A DNA stretch of 64,000 nt from the human T2T-CHM13v2.0 reference genome, Homo sapiens (GCF_009914755.1 NC_060940.1), one strand, 5' to 3'. Counted from the stretch's first letter, positions 12,427-26,113 are shown. Notes: generated by a model not told the origin, from the letters alone. Translations and numbers: made by a program.

Positions 12427-13801
12427 TTATTTCATTTAGTTTTAATTAATTTTAGAAACACATGTGCCCAGTGGCCGGGCTGGGTGGGGGCCCTGGAAGC
12501 CTGGCCCACCTAGAGCCGGCTGGCTGCTGCCTCGGGGCACGCACTGCCTGAGGATGCTGCTTTGCGGGCCGCAGGGTCCCAGTGACCGACCCCGTGCCCC
12601 GCCCTGAACCACCTGATCTCCACTAAAGCCCATTGTGCAAAATGAAGACAAGGAATGTCACTGAGATGGACACAGACGCACACGCGGCTCGGATGAGCTG
12701 AGGAACGCACGCACAAACTGCATTCTCCCAGGCCGTCCCGAACGAGGCCACAGGAAAGGAGCCTCCCCAGAGGTCTCAGATCAGGAAGCCTGACCTTCCA
12801 GTGCCTTTGGTCTAGGTGTTCTGAGGCCCAGCACCCGGAGTCATACCTCAGTAACTGGCAGCTCTATGTTCTCCAAGATCAGGGAAGGGAAGACAGTTCA
12901 AAGACGCATGGCTGCTCGGAAGGCAGGGAGAGCACTGCCGAAGCTACTACGAGTCTTCTGAATTTCTGCGCGACAGTCCAAAGTGACGTGCTGAGCCGCT
13001 GCAGGGTCAGACACAACATGAAACTCAGGCTCACGAGGGCTCTCAGGCGGAAAACATTAACATTAGTGAGTCAACAATTCGCTTCTGAGTCCCTACAATT
13101 ACCACCTGCTACCGAAGAATCAGTTAGAATGTATGACGCTCACCTGAAAACACCCAGGGAGACACAAACGCAGAAGACTGACTTCCCTGGGCTGGGAGCG
13201 CAAGCGCAGCCCCCGACGGCGGCCACACAGGCTCACGTCCCACCCCCCATGCAGACCCCGTTGCTTTTGCTTCAGCAAGTGGTTGGGGACGCGGGAGGCT
13301 GGCTCCAGAGTCACCCGGCTCCTCGACTGCCTCTGCCGCTCCAGCACTGCCTCTGGGAGTCCACTGCCCCAGGCACTTCCCCCCCACCCTACTTAGAGTA
13401 GAGCCTGTGTTCCCCAGGAGGCCTCACAGGCGGGGGCACGGGGAGGGTGGGCTCCAGGCCCTCTCATCCTCAGCGATGGGTCCTGTGGCCCTGGTGCTGA
13501 GACACGGCAGCACCGTGGCCTCGCAGGCCCATCTCTCACAGGGAACACACAAGCCTCAGCCGCTGCCCCCCGAGCCTGCCCCGGCCTGCCCGCTCACAGC
13601 CCCCGCGGTGCTGACCCTCTGACCCGCGCACTGGGCTCTTGCCTCACGGACTCGATTTTGTGATCACTGCTCAGAGTCCACAACATCAGACAGCAGGGAC
13701 TTCTCCCGCTAGACACAGGTGTCAGGACCTAAAGCTTTCCCTCCTCATAAGAACTGGGAAAAAATAATACTGTTGTGATTGTACAATTTTAATTAAAAAA
13801 A

Positions 13802-13923
13802 TTTTTTTTGTGGTGATAGGGTCTTGCTATGTTGCCCAGGCTGGTCTGGAATTCCTGGGCTCAAGAGGTCCTGCTTCAGCCCCCAAACTGCTAAGATTAT
13901 AGGCATAAGCCACTGCACCCACC
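13802..13923 (-). mobile_element. FLAM / Alu left monomer
   Basis: T tract followed by the reverse-complement left-arm sequence. Confidence 0.85.
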
Positions 13924-14030
13924 CTGTTGTAATTTTAAATAAATAAAATTTACTAAGAAAAGATTTGTTTATCTAAATGTTGAAGAATGTAGTTTTCTCT
14001 GTGGGCATTTTGATACTGAATGTATCCTGG

Positions 14031-14185
14031 CGCACTCCGGGGGAGGCCCAGGGACTCAGGTCACCACACACGCTTCCTCACGTCTACTCGCTCCCACACG
14101 CGTGAGCACTCTAGGGGAGGCCTGGGGACTCAGGCCGCCGCACACGCTTCCTCACGTCTACTCGCTCCCACACGCGTGAGCACTC
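14031..14185. repeat. Tandem duplication of about 75 bp
   Basis: gcactc..ggggaggcc..gggactcagg..cacacgcttcctcacgtctactcgctcccacacgcgtga occurs twice. Confidence 0.85.
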
Positions 14186-15448
14186 TGCTCCCTTGATGCA
14201 GCCACAGGACTGGCAGGCAAAAAACCAGCTGGTTCCAACCAGGTTGTGTCAGATTTGCAAACAGAAAAGGAATTCCTGAAATAATTCCTTGCTTCTTGCT
14301 TTAAGAAAAACATGGAAACAATGAACAGACGCAAGCACGCAGAGCCGCACGCCCTGACGGTGCACCCTGAGCCAGGTGGCACCCAGCAGCCAGGAAACCC
14401 ATGAGTGACAGTGGCCAAGGTGGCCTGGTCGTCTGCAATTACAGGAACCTGCCTTTCAAGGTGATTAAAATCAGGAATAAGGTTCCTTTGTATTTATGTT
14501 TTAACAGATTCTGATGTTCTTCCTTTCTTTGATTCGATCCAGATTTCCAGCATCACTGGTACTCAATATTGAAGGAATGAAAATACGTGAGGAATAAAAG
14601 AATGAAGAAAGTGACCTCTACCGCAAGGACACAGGCCCTGAAGGCTGAGACTGTGAAGGGGGCAGGCAAAGATCCACGCCCAGACAGGCCACCCCTGCTC
14701 TCCTGGGAAAGGGGCCGAGAGCCAGAGAGTTCGGGGCAGAGAGAGCCTGAGTGCGAGGCCCAGGCCAGGGCCTTTACCAGCAAAGACCGGCCCCTCTGCC
14801 TGCGCCCTGAGGTCATGGAGAAAGGCAGGGGTGGGGGTATGGTCATCCTTCCCAAGGTCCTGGAGTCAGGTCTGCTTACCAAGCCACCGTGTGTCCCATG
14901 ACATTCTGGAGGCCTCCGGGCCCAATGGAGGTCACATCCACCGTCCTCCCGGCCCTGTCCTGTCCACTGGGTGGCTGCCCTCTTCCCACCCTCCAGTATT
15001 GACTGCGTTGTGTGGGATGGGGAAGACCTCCGGTCCCCTCCACCAAACAAAGCACAAGCCAAAGTGCCCACCAGCGTGAGTGCCGTGAGCACCGTGAACC
15101 TTCTCTATGCCGAGGGGCACACAGCCTTGAGCGTCCACGGGGGATGGGCCTGTGGGTGCTTTCCCTCTGCCCCAGGGAAGCGGTGGTAATCACACCTGTG
15201 AGATGCCGACAATCATGCGTGCGACCATCCGTCTCTAGGTGCCCGGGGCCTGGAAGCCCAGGAGCTCCCACATCCAGGGAGGAGGCACGGATCAGATCAC
15301 AAGCGCCCATCACTGCCATCCGTGCATACTGGGAAGGCTGATGGCAGAGGCTAAGGAAGGGGAGAGGCCAGGAAAAGTGCGTGAAGATACATACCAAACA
15401 CACAACGCTCAACTCTCGCAGAGCTTTCTCTAAATGCATCTCACTTAC

Positions 15449-15459
15449 CGAAAGAGTAC
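15449..15459 (-). CDS. LMF1: LMF1 coding exon 3, 11-nt microexon GTACTCTTTCG
   Basis: Minus strand reads tttcttcttttgtttttcag|GTACTCTTTCG|gtaagt. Joined to exon 2 it gives W-Y-S-F-G, the known continuation (..VGHVWYSFGWE..). Exon 4 lies outside the window (before position 1). Confidence 0.93.
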
Positions 15460-16310
15460 CTGAAAAACAAAAGAAGAAACGAGTATTAACACTTTGGCTT
15501 GTTTCAACCAAAAACCCACTGTTTCCCCACTGAGTGAAGCCCACCCTGGCACCCAGCACGGTGTGGGGTCAGGGAAGCCCTGCGAGGAGGACCTGCCCGC
15601 TGGGCATTAGGGGAACAGGAGCCCCTCCCCACGGCTCACACACAGGCAGGCCCAGAACAGGCAACCAAAACATATTCCAAGATACACCTACTAAGTACCC
15701 ATAGAAATAAAAAAATATGTATTTTGCGAATGAGTGAATTAATACTTATTTTTTTGCAGCATCAATTAAATGCCACGGCAAATGTCATACTCTGGAATCT
15801 GAAAATTTAAGGACATCACATGACCTCGAGCGCAGCTCATTAGAAAAGGGATCTTAAATGAAAGGAATTGGTGGGAAAGGCTGGGCAAGGCCTGTGTCTT
15901 TACTATTGAATCCCAACCAAAAGGGGTTTCAGTGATGCTGTGACCCGCTTCTTACCCTCAGACAGCAGAGGCGTGGGCAAGCAGCACGGGTGTCTAGAGG
16001 AGGCAGAGCCGCGGGAAAGCAACACCAATGCATCCCACACCTGCCTCAGCCTCTGACCTCTCTAACCCCACCCCACCTCACAGCAAGACCTACCCTTGGG
16101 CTCTAGAAGAAACCCCCTCTGCCACCTATGGTCCCGCAAGAGGCGGGCAGGATGCACCAATGCCCGCATGAGGAGCCCTGCCTCAGGTGCTCAGTGCCAC
16201 ACCTGACGTAGAAGGCACAGCATGTGGTTTGTGGACACGAAATGTACGGAACAGGCCGGTCCACAGACACAGGAGGTAGATTGCCAGGTTTATCCTGGGG
16301 TTGATCAGAA

Positions 16311-16595
16311 TTTTTTTTTTTTTTTGAGACACGGTCTCATTCTATCACCCAGGTTGGAGTGCAGCGGTGCATAACCTCACTACAACCTCAAGCTCCTGGG
16401 CTGAAGCAGTCCTCCCGCCTCAGCCTCCTGAGTTGCTGGGACCACAGGTGTACACCATGATGCCCCACTAATTTTTGTATTTTCTATAGAGGTTTTGCCA
16501 TGTTGCCCTGGCTGGTCTCAAACTCCTAGACTCAGGCGATCCTCCTGCCTCCACCTCCCTAAGTGCTGGGATGACAGGTGTGAACTGCCCCAGCC
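16311..16595 (-). mobile_element. Alu (AluJ-like)
   Basis: PolyT then reverse-complement Alu dimer. Confidence 0.92.
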
Positions 16596-16666
16596 AGAAT
16601 GTTTTCAACGTGGTGCTGATGGCTTCAGAGTCCATGAATATGTACGCTGACTTGTACACTTTATGT

Positions 16667-16876
16667 CAGGGTTGTCGGTTGTCCAATCTTGTGGCTTCCG
16701 TGGGCCACAATGGAAGAAGAAAAATTGTCTTGGGCCACACATAAAATATACTAACACTAGTGACAGCTGATGAGCTAAAAAAAAAAAAAAAAAAAACTCA
16801 TAATGTTTTAAGAAAGTTTATGAATTTGTGTTGGGTCTCATTCAAAGCCATCCTGAGCCGCGTGTGGACAAGCTTG
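16667..16876 (+). mobile_element. MER30 (hAT-Charlie non-autonomous DNA transposon)
   Basis: Matches the recalled MER30 consensus (tgtccaatctt..gggccaca..ggaagaaga..cataaaata..gctgatgagctaaaa..ggacaagcttg). Imperfect 8-bp target duplication ctttatgt / ctttaaat. Confidence 0.88.
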
Positions 16877-17278
16877 CTTTAAATGCAGTTTTATGGTATG
16901 TGAATTCTATCTCACTAAAGACATTAAGAAGCAACGTTGCCTAATGAAATCCACAGGAATGAAAAGCTACAGGGTGTGTGACGGCCCTCAGGGCCCACTG
17001 CCCATCCCAGGGCTCCCTACATCGTCCGACCTTTGAATATGTCTGTGATTTTCCACCTTGACATTACGATAAAAGCACAGCAAAGGCCATGACAAACGAC
17101 ATTTGAGCCGTGGGGGAGGTGGGCGGGGACAGAGTACTGGAGGGCTCATTCTTCAACCACATCAGGTGTGTGGCTGCCCCAGTGGCTCTGATATCTTTTT
17201 AAATCATCCCTTACCCGGTAGAGGTCCACACTATTTATAGGTAAAAGAGTACGAAGTCTAGATTTGCTTTTCACTCCA

Positions 17279-17846
17279 GAGGAAGGAGGCTGGGAGGGAG
17301 AGAGGGCACCCCGTTGGCTGAGGAAGGAGGCTGGGAGGGAGAGAGGGCACCCCGTGGGCTGAGGAAGGTGGCTGGGAGAAAGAGGGGGCACCGTGTGGGC
17401 TGAGGAAGGAGGCTGGGAGAGAGGGGGTACCCCGTGGGCTGAGGAAGGAGGCTGGGAGGGAGAGAGGGCACCCCGTGGGCTGAGGAAGGAGGCTGGGAGG
17501 GAGAGAGGGCACCCCGTGGGCTGAGGAAGGTGGCTGGGAGAGAGAGGGGGCACCGTGTGGGCTGAGGAAGGAGGCTAGGAGAGAGGGGATACCCCGTGGG
17601 CTGAGGAAGCAGGCTGGGAGGGAGAGAGGGCACCCCGTGGGCTGAGGAAGGAGGCTGGGAGGGAGAGAGGGCACCCCGTGGGCTGAGGAAGGTGGCTGGG
17701 AGAGAGAGGAGGCACCCTGTGGGCTCAGGAAGGAGGCTGGGAGAGAGGGGGTACCCCGTGGGCTGAGGAAGCTGGCTGGGAGGGAGAGAGGGCACCCCGT
17801 GGGCTGAGGAAGGAGGCTGGGAGGGAGAGAGGGCACTCTGTGGGCT
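17279..17846. repeat. 41/39-bp purine-rich VNTR, 14 units
   Basis: Unit gaggaaggaggctgggagggagagagggcaccccgtgggct with periodic variants. Confidence 0.95.
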
Positions 17847-18030
17847 GCAGGATACACTCCCTGCCCCCCTTTCCGTGACCAAAATCTTCCAAGCAACCGC
17901 TGTACACATTGGCTAATGCTAGAAATAAATTTACCCCCAAAATGTTCCCAATATATAACCTTAGTTGAATGGAGAAAGGAAAAGGAGCTGATTTTTCAAA
18001 TCCATAGAGAATAAAAGCTTTGCTCTTTTA

Positions 18031-18188
18031 TTAGCCAGGTGTGGTGGCGCACACCTGTAGTCCCAGTGACCTTGGGGCCGAGGCTGGAAGATGGCTTAAG
18101 CCCAGGAGTTCCAGGCTGCAGTGAGCCAAGATCGCGCTACTATTGCACTCCAGCCTGGGCGACAGGGCGGGAGATCCTAGCTAAAAAG
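18031..18188 (+). mobile_element. Alu right monomer (FRAM/AluJ-like)
   Basis: ttagccaggtgtggtggcgcacacctgtagtcccag...cactccagcctgggcgacag. Confidence 0.85.
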
Positions 18189-18674
18189 ACGCAGCCTCAC
18201 ACTTTTATCAGAAGGGACCAAGGCCTGGAAGAGTTTCAGTGACTCAGGGCCACCAAAATACAAGCGTTGTGCAGAGAAGGGGTGAGTCCAGACGCAGCTG
18301 CCTTCACATCGGCTGAGGGTGTTTGAAAACGCATTCTTCTGTCACTTCACCTGCTTTGAATTTTGCATTTCAAGGCTGCCTGATAAAAGAATCTTTAAAT
18401 AGCAGGTTTTAGCTAAGGTAATGACACGAAAAACTAAAACGTCTTATTACTTTCATAGCTTTTATTATATTTTCAACAGTTGGAACTCACGTTAGAAGAT
18501 ACCGACTCCATGGAGTTCTTCTGGGTTTGTTCTGCTGTTTTGTTCTTTAAAGAAACTCAAGTCCTTTCCCGGACAGTGGGACATAGATTTTGCTTTTGGA
18601 TGGTCGGGGTTAACACGCTCCCTCTGACTGCCTAGTGAGGTCAGGAACCTGCTCCCCTGTGAGCCCCCACACCT

Positions 18675-18782
18675 GACTGACAGGCCGCTGGGGTCTCTGT
18701 TGACTGACAGGCTGCTGGGGTCTCTGTTGACTGACAGGCTGCTGGGGTCTCTGTTGACTGACAGGTCGTTGGGGTCTCTGTG
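18675..18782. repeat. 27-bp minisatellite, 4 copies
   Basis: Unit tgactgacaggctgctggggtctctgt. Confidence 0.9.
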
Positions 18783-19479
18783 CTAGGGAGGCAGCAAGAC
18801 CCCCGATGCCCTGCAGATGCTGCACACGGCCCCAGCACAGGCCCTGCCCCTTGCACTGGATGGGGGCTCCCATTTCTATAGGAAGCTTTTGATTTAAAAA
18901 CACATTTGGCTCCAGCTACTTATCATCTGTAAAAAGACTTCATGTATAAATATTTGTTAAATTTTATGCTCCCCATTTTGGGGCAGGCTAGTTGTAAATT
19001 TGTAAGAAATCTTCCAGTTTCTGGCCTAGTGCAAAGAACTTTGCTGGAGGCCTATCTAGAGTGTGTAGTAGGGACTTAATCATGAACCGTGTCCTCCTGA
19101 ACCACGCCCAGGTTCCTGACTTGTGTCTGCAGCTGATCCTGAACCATGCCCGGGTTCCTGACTTGTGTCTGCAGCTGATCCCATCATCAAGACTGAAGTC
19201 TTTGTCACGTGGTGAAGGCCAAACGTGGATTTATTTACAGAAGTTACCAAAAAAAAAAAATACCACAAAAAAGAGGGGCGCCATTGGGTGAGAGCAGCTG
19301 GGGGGCTTCCATGTCTACCCGCCTCGCAGGAGAGGGGGTGGAGCACCCACCAGACCACTGTGCCTCCCACTCAATCACGGGACGGGGTGCCAGCTAGCAC
19401 TGGCAAGGCTGGGACGCTGGGTCCCGCTGTGCAGGGCCATGGCCTGCCTGGCACAGGGAAGCGCTAGACTGAACAGTGG

Positions 19480-19660
19480 CTTGTGGGGACGGCAGGGATG
19501 GGGCTGGACAGTGGCTTGCAGGGACAGGGCTGGATGGCAGGGACAGGGCTGGACGGCGGCTCACAGGGAAGGCAGGGATGGGGCTGGACGGCGGCTCGCG
19601 GGGACAGCAGGGATGGGGCTGGATGGCAGCTCGCGGGGATGGCAGGGGTGGGGCTGGACC
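19480..19660. repeat. G-rich degenerate repeat of about 39 bp (G4-capable)
   Basis: gggacggcagggatggggctggac.. repeated 4-5 times. Confidence 0.75.
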
Positions 19661-21056
19661 ACACATACCAGTTCGGCAGCGCCAGTGAGGCAACTGGTTC
19701 ACTGAAGACATGACTGCTGCCACCCTAATGTTTAAGTTCATACAACAGAGAAAATAAAATGGTAATAACAAGAGTTGTCTTTGCAAACATCTGTCGCCTG
19801 TTGCCTCTTACTGGAGCTGCCAAGAGGAAGTCCAGGTCCCAGGGCTGTTGGGAGGACCCGGGCTGTTGAAGCCAGGCAGCGCAGGGAGCACCAAGTGCAT
19901 GTGTGGCTCCCACGGACAGATGGACGGATGGACAGACGAAGGGATGGATGGACAGTGCTCCCATTACTGTGTGAAAACCGACCTCAGAGTACATAGTCCA
20001 TTCACTACAGGTAAGCAATTTAAAACAGGATGTAAATATGTAAATAGCCCTTAAAAGTGTAAGGAAAAAGTGCTGGAGGCCGTTTTGACAAAGCACCTAA
20101 GGCAGCAATGAAAATGGGGAAAGACGGGCAGACTGGACACAAGAGGAAACCTGTGCAGAAAGCAAAGTCCGTGCATACAGAATGGGATGCGGCCGAGGGG
20201 TTACACCTTCCACGTGCATTTACCTTCCCGGACAGCAGGGCCTCTTACAGATGGATAAACAAAGAACATTCACACCAAAGGGGAACGGCAAAGGCAAAAC
20301 ACAAATCCCCAGAGAAACAACAAGAGCAAAACCAAGAAAAATAACTTGGCAGAGAAATGCGTATTTAAATAACATTATTTTCACTTATAAACTCTCAGTG
20401 GTTTTTCGGAAATGGGATGTTCTGAGTAGGGAACAGGACAACAGCACGCTGCCCCGCCGTGAGCACGAACCCTGGGTGCAGGCTGGCGGCACCCGTCCAC
20501 CACGCACACCCTGACCCAGCAGCCCACCTCAGGAGCTAGTTCACACAGTAAGTCACAGCCCTGCAAAATATCCCTGCGCCACAAAGCTGGCCACCGAGGT
20601 GCCACTTCCAGCAATAAAAACCAGGAACAACCAACGTGCCGGCCGGTGGGCTTGGCGCAATGAGCAAACACACGTAACAGACCACCCTGTGGCCACCACA
20701 CGTGCCGCCGAGCAGCGGAGGTCCAGACGGGCGCGTGGCATCTGGGGCAATGACCAGTGCGTCGCTGAGACTGCCGGCGCCAGGCCTCGACCCTGCTGTG
20801 TCTGCGGCAACCCGGCCCACTCTCCACGCGGCCTCTGCCTCTGTCAGGAGCAGTACATGCTGACCAAAGCTGCTGTAAGACAACGTCGGCGAGATGGGAA
20901 GATACTTGTGATTTGATGGGAAGTAAAAAAACTTTGGTTATTTCCAATATTGTCATAAGGACCAGGTAATGAAAATTGTTTAAGAATTAAGTGACCAGAC
21001 AGGGAATAAAACAGGGTGCGCAGTCTGAGCCCACCTTTGTTAGAGAGAAGCCCGGG

Positions 21057-21505
21057 GCAGTGGGCTAAAAGGAGGCCCCCAGAAAGACCTGTCCACATCT
21101 TAATGCCTGCACCCTGTCTTATTTGGAAAAGGGGTCTCTGTGGAGGTAATTAAGTTAAGGATCTCGAGGTGAGGGCGTCCTGGACTATGTGATCACAGAC
21201 GTCCTCATCAGAGAGAGGTACCAGGAACCCTGAGACAGACCAAAGGGGAGGAGGCAAAGCGGCAGGGACCCGAGTGATACGTCCACAAGCCGGGGGTGCC
21301 CGGAGCCTCCAGGGGCTGGAAGAGACGAGGAAGGACCCTCCCGCAGAGACTCGGAGGGAAGGGAAGGTCCCTCCTCCCATAGAGACTTGGGTGGAACTGG
21401 CCCTGCCGACACCCTGATTTCGGACTTCTGGCCTCAAGAACTGTGGAAGAGTAAGTGTTTCTTGTTTGAAGCCTCCCCACGTGGTCACGGTCATGGCTGC
21501 AGAAT
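21057..21505 (+). mobile_element. MLT1-family (ERVL-MaLR) solo LTR
   Basis: Hallmarks cttatttggaaaaggggtct, gtaattaagttaaggatctcgag and ggccctgccgacaccctgatttcggacttctggcctc..gaactgtg. Confidence 0.85.
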
Positions 21506-22432
21506 GCCGCCGTGCGTCTCTCACAGGGCCATGGGAACTGGTTTGGACATATCTCCATTCCCTGTTGACCACCTAGAAACACAGGCTCACCCACCAGGGA
21601 CCAGCATATCATGGAGGACAAGGCAGGTGGTGTGGGAGGGTCCTCCCCGCAGGCGGCGTCCTGCCTGGGACGACGACCACAGGAAACAGCTGGGAAACCC
21701 CAAAGAGGAACACCGTTTATTTAAAGGAATGCATAACTTTAAAATATCAGTGTCATAAAAGATGGATGTCCCAGAAGAGACCAGACAACTAAACCCAACG
21801 CCGAACCCTATTCTGGAAAGTAAATGCTATAAGGATTATCCTTAGGTCAGATGACAAACTGGAAAATGAGTGGGAGACGCAGTCTCAGAACTGCAACCGT
21901 GTTAAACCTACTGCAGCTGATCCCTGCAGGAATGAAAAGAACACTCTTCTTAGGAAAAACACCCGGAAGTACTGCAGGGTAAAGGGGTTCATCAAATATG
22001 TCAAAGTGGCTGATAGTGCCGTTCTGATCTTCTATGTCTTCTTTTTTTTGTTTGTTTAGTTGTTCTTTCAATTATTGAAAGAGTGATTGATGTTAAAATC
22101 TCCAAACAGAATTGTGAATTTGTGTATTTCTTCCTGGAGTTCTGCAATTTTTGCTTCATATATTGTGAGGTTCAGTATGTGGTGCCTTTATGTCTTTGTG
22201 ATCAATTAAGTCTTTTATTACCACAAAATGTCTCTGTACACCTCTGATAATACTCCGTGTCCTGAACTTTACTTTGTCTAAAGTTAATACAGCCACTCTA
22301 GCTTTCCAGTATATTTATGTAGTCTATCCTTCTTTATCTTTATCCTTCCTCTTTCAACTCATTTGTACCTTTATATTTAAAGCATAGCTCTTGAAAACTG
22401 CATATACTTGATACTTGATTTTTTTAAATTGA

Positions 22433-22752
<320 letters not shown>

Positions 22753-23655
22753 TAGTCACTTACATTTAATGTAATCATTGATATGGCTCATTGGTTATTT
22801 TTTGTTTTCAGAGTCTCACCTGGTTTTTCGTCCTGTTCCTCTGTTCCTGCCTTCTTACTGGAAGCAAACATGTTTAACACTCCATTTCAATCACTCCATG
22901 GGCTCCTCAGCTACATATCTTTGCACTACTTTTAGTGATTGCCCTAGGGCTAACAGCAGGTATCTCACCTACTCACAACAGACCTGGGGTTAATATTTTC
23001 TCGCTTCACGTAGAATTTAGAGAGCCAGTGATGTTACAGATTCAGGAAGGATCCCCTCCCTCCTTTGCGCTAATGTTGTGTATATTACAGTATTACAGTT
23101 TTTGCCTTAGTTGTGTCTGTATTAAATTAAGAAAAAAAGAAATAGAGAACATTTCATATTTCCCTACCTTTACCATGTCCAGTGGATTTTACTCCTTTCT
23201 ATAGATGACTTTCTGCCTAGCAATAATTCTTTCTGCCAAGCAATAATTCCTTCAGCCTGAAGATATTCCTTTAACATTTCTATAGTCTGTCTGCTGGCAA
23301 AGCCTTCTCTCAGTTTTCCGTTATCTGAAAATGTCTTTATTTTGCTTTTGTTTTTGAAGGATATTGTCACTGGATAGAACTCTGGGTTGACAATCGTTTT
23401 TCTTTAGAACTCTAAAGATGCCAGTCCATCATCCTCTGGCCTCCAGTGGTTATAAGAAGCCAGACATATTTGAATCTTTATTCTTTGAGTGTAACATCTT
23501 TTTCCTTCCAGGTGCTATCTTTGTCTTTGGTATTCGGTAGTTTGACTACAATGTGCCCAGATAACATTTTCTCTTACTTTTACTGCTTACAGTGTGCTGA
23601 GCTTCTTGGATTTACACATTTATATCATTCAGCTATTATTTCTTTAAATACTTTT

Positions 23656-24069
23656 TATGCCCCATTTTCTGTGTCCTCTCTCTGTGGGGCTCCAATCACA
23701 AGTATGTTAGACCACCTGGTGCTATATGCCTCATTCTCTGTGTCCTCTCTCTGTGGGGCTCCAATCACACATATGTTAGCCCACCCGGTGCTACGTGCCC
23801 CATTCTCTGCGTCCTCTCTCTGTGGGGCTCCAATCACATGTATGTTAGACCACCTGGTGCTATTTGCCCCATTCTCTGTGTCCTCTCTCTGTGGGGCTCC
23901 AATCACATGTATGTTAGACCACCTGGTGCTATATGCCCCATTCTCTGTGTCCTCTCTCTGTGGGGCTCCAATCACATGTATGTTAGACCACCTGGTGCTA
24001 TATGCCCCATTCTGTGTGTCCTCTCTCTGTGGGGCTCCAATCACAGGTATGTTAGACCACCTGGTGCTA
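23656..24069. repeat. 69-bp VNTR, 6 copies, derived from L1 ORF1
   Basis: Units start at 23656, 23725, 23794, 23863, 23932 and 24001. Confidence 0.95.
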
Positions 24070-24285
24070 TCCCACATGTCACTGAAGCTCTGCTCGTTTC
24101 AATCTTTTTTCTGTTTGTTCTTTAGCTTGGATAATTTCTACAGATTTCTCTTAAAAGTCATTGAGGCTATCTTCTACCCACCTCCAACCTGTTATTAAGC
24201 CCAGGCAACAGATTTTTCAGTACAGATACTGTACTTTTCAGTTCTAAAATGTCCAATTGACTCTTCTTTAAAGATTCAGAGTCTC

Positions 24286-24990
<705 letters not shown>

Positions 24991-26113
24991 TCAAATCCTC
25001 TTTTCTACGTGTGGTATCTTGGCTATCATGGTCAGTTTCTTGTGACCCTTTTTTGTTTCCTGTATAGGGATCCTATTTTCCTGTTTCTTTACTTGTGTAG
25101 TAGTTTCTGATTCTAGTTGACATTATGAAAGATCATAACATCATTGAGAAGTTAATTTTGTCTGCTTCCTTTGGAGAGTGAATGAGTCTGTCTGGTAAGC
25201 AGCTGAGCTACTGGAGGATGAACTTGGTCTTTCCAAAAGCTCAATTAGGGTCAGTCTAGAACAGCCCTTTTCTAGGGCGAGAGGAACCCTCCTCCTAAGA
25301 TGTGGCCTTTCTGGGGGCATGCGCTGAGTGCCTAGGGTCTTATGCAAGTCACCTCCGGACCGGCTGATGGGGAGGCTTGTCTCCCAGCCAGCACTGTGGG
25401 ACCCTCAGACTCACCACTAAGGTCACCACTCCCTACCTGCCACTTTCCACCAACCCTCAAAGACTCTACCCGCCACTTTCCACCAACCCTCAAAGACTCT
25501 CACTCTCCACGTTCACAGCTTAGAACAAACCCAAGGACTTAGTGGAATCCATGTAGCTTTCTGTGGTGATGTCTGTGTTAGCTCCTTTACTCTAATGCCT
25601 TGCCGCACAAATGCAAGCTGCCCTCAACTCTGATCCCTGCCTCCTGAGCTTGGAGACGCCTTGTGTTCTGCTGGGTGCCCTAGCTGTGGTGTACAAGGTG
25701 CTCAGGCAGAAGGCCGGGGCCACCAAGGCCACCCTGTATGTATCTCCTTTCCAGGGACAGCAGTCCTGGGCACCTGTGCCCTCTGGTATTTCACTTGCTG
25801 ACGGTTTCATAGTGGGGAGGCTCGTCCTGCACCTGCCACTCTGCCATGGACGGGCATGGAGTCCATGAAGACAAATCTCTTATTTTAAAGTACTGTTTCA
25901 ATGTGAGACGTCCTCTCCCTCAAACTGCCCCTGCCAGGCTTGCCCTGTCTACGGCCCCTCCTTGCTGCCTGCTGAAGTTTCGCCGTGTCTACGGCCCCAG
26001 TGCCCTAAACACCCCATCTCGTCTCAATTGTCATCCCTGCCCCTTTGGTGCACCTTGATGATTATGGGATGTACTCTTCGGAGTCAAAGAAATACATATC
26101 TCTTGTTAGGTTA

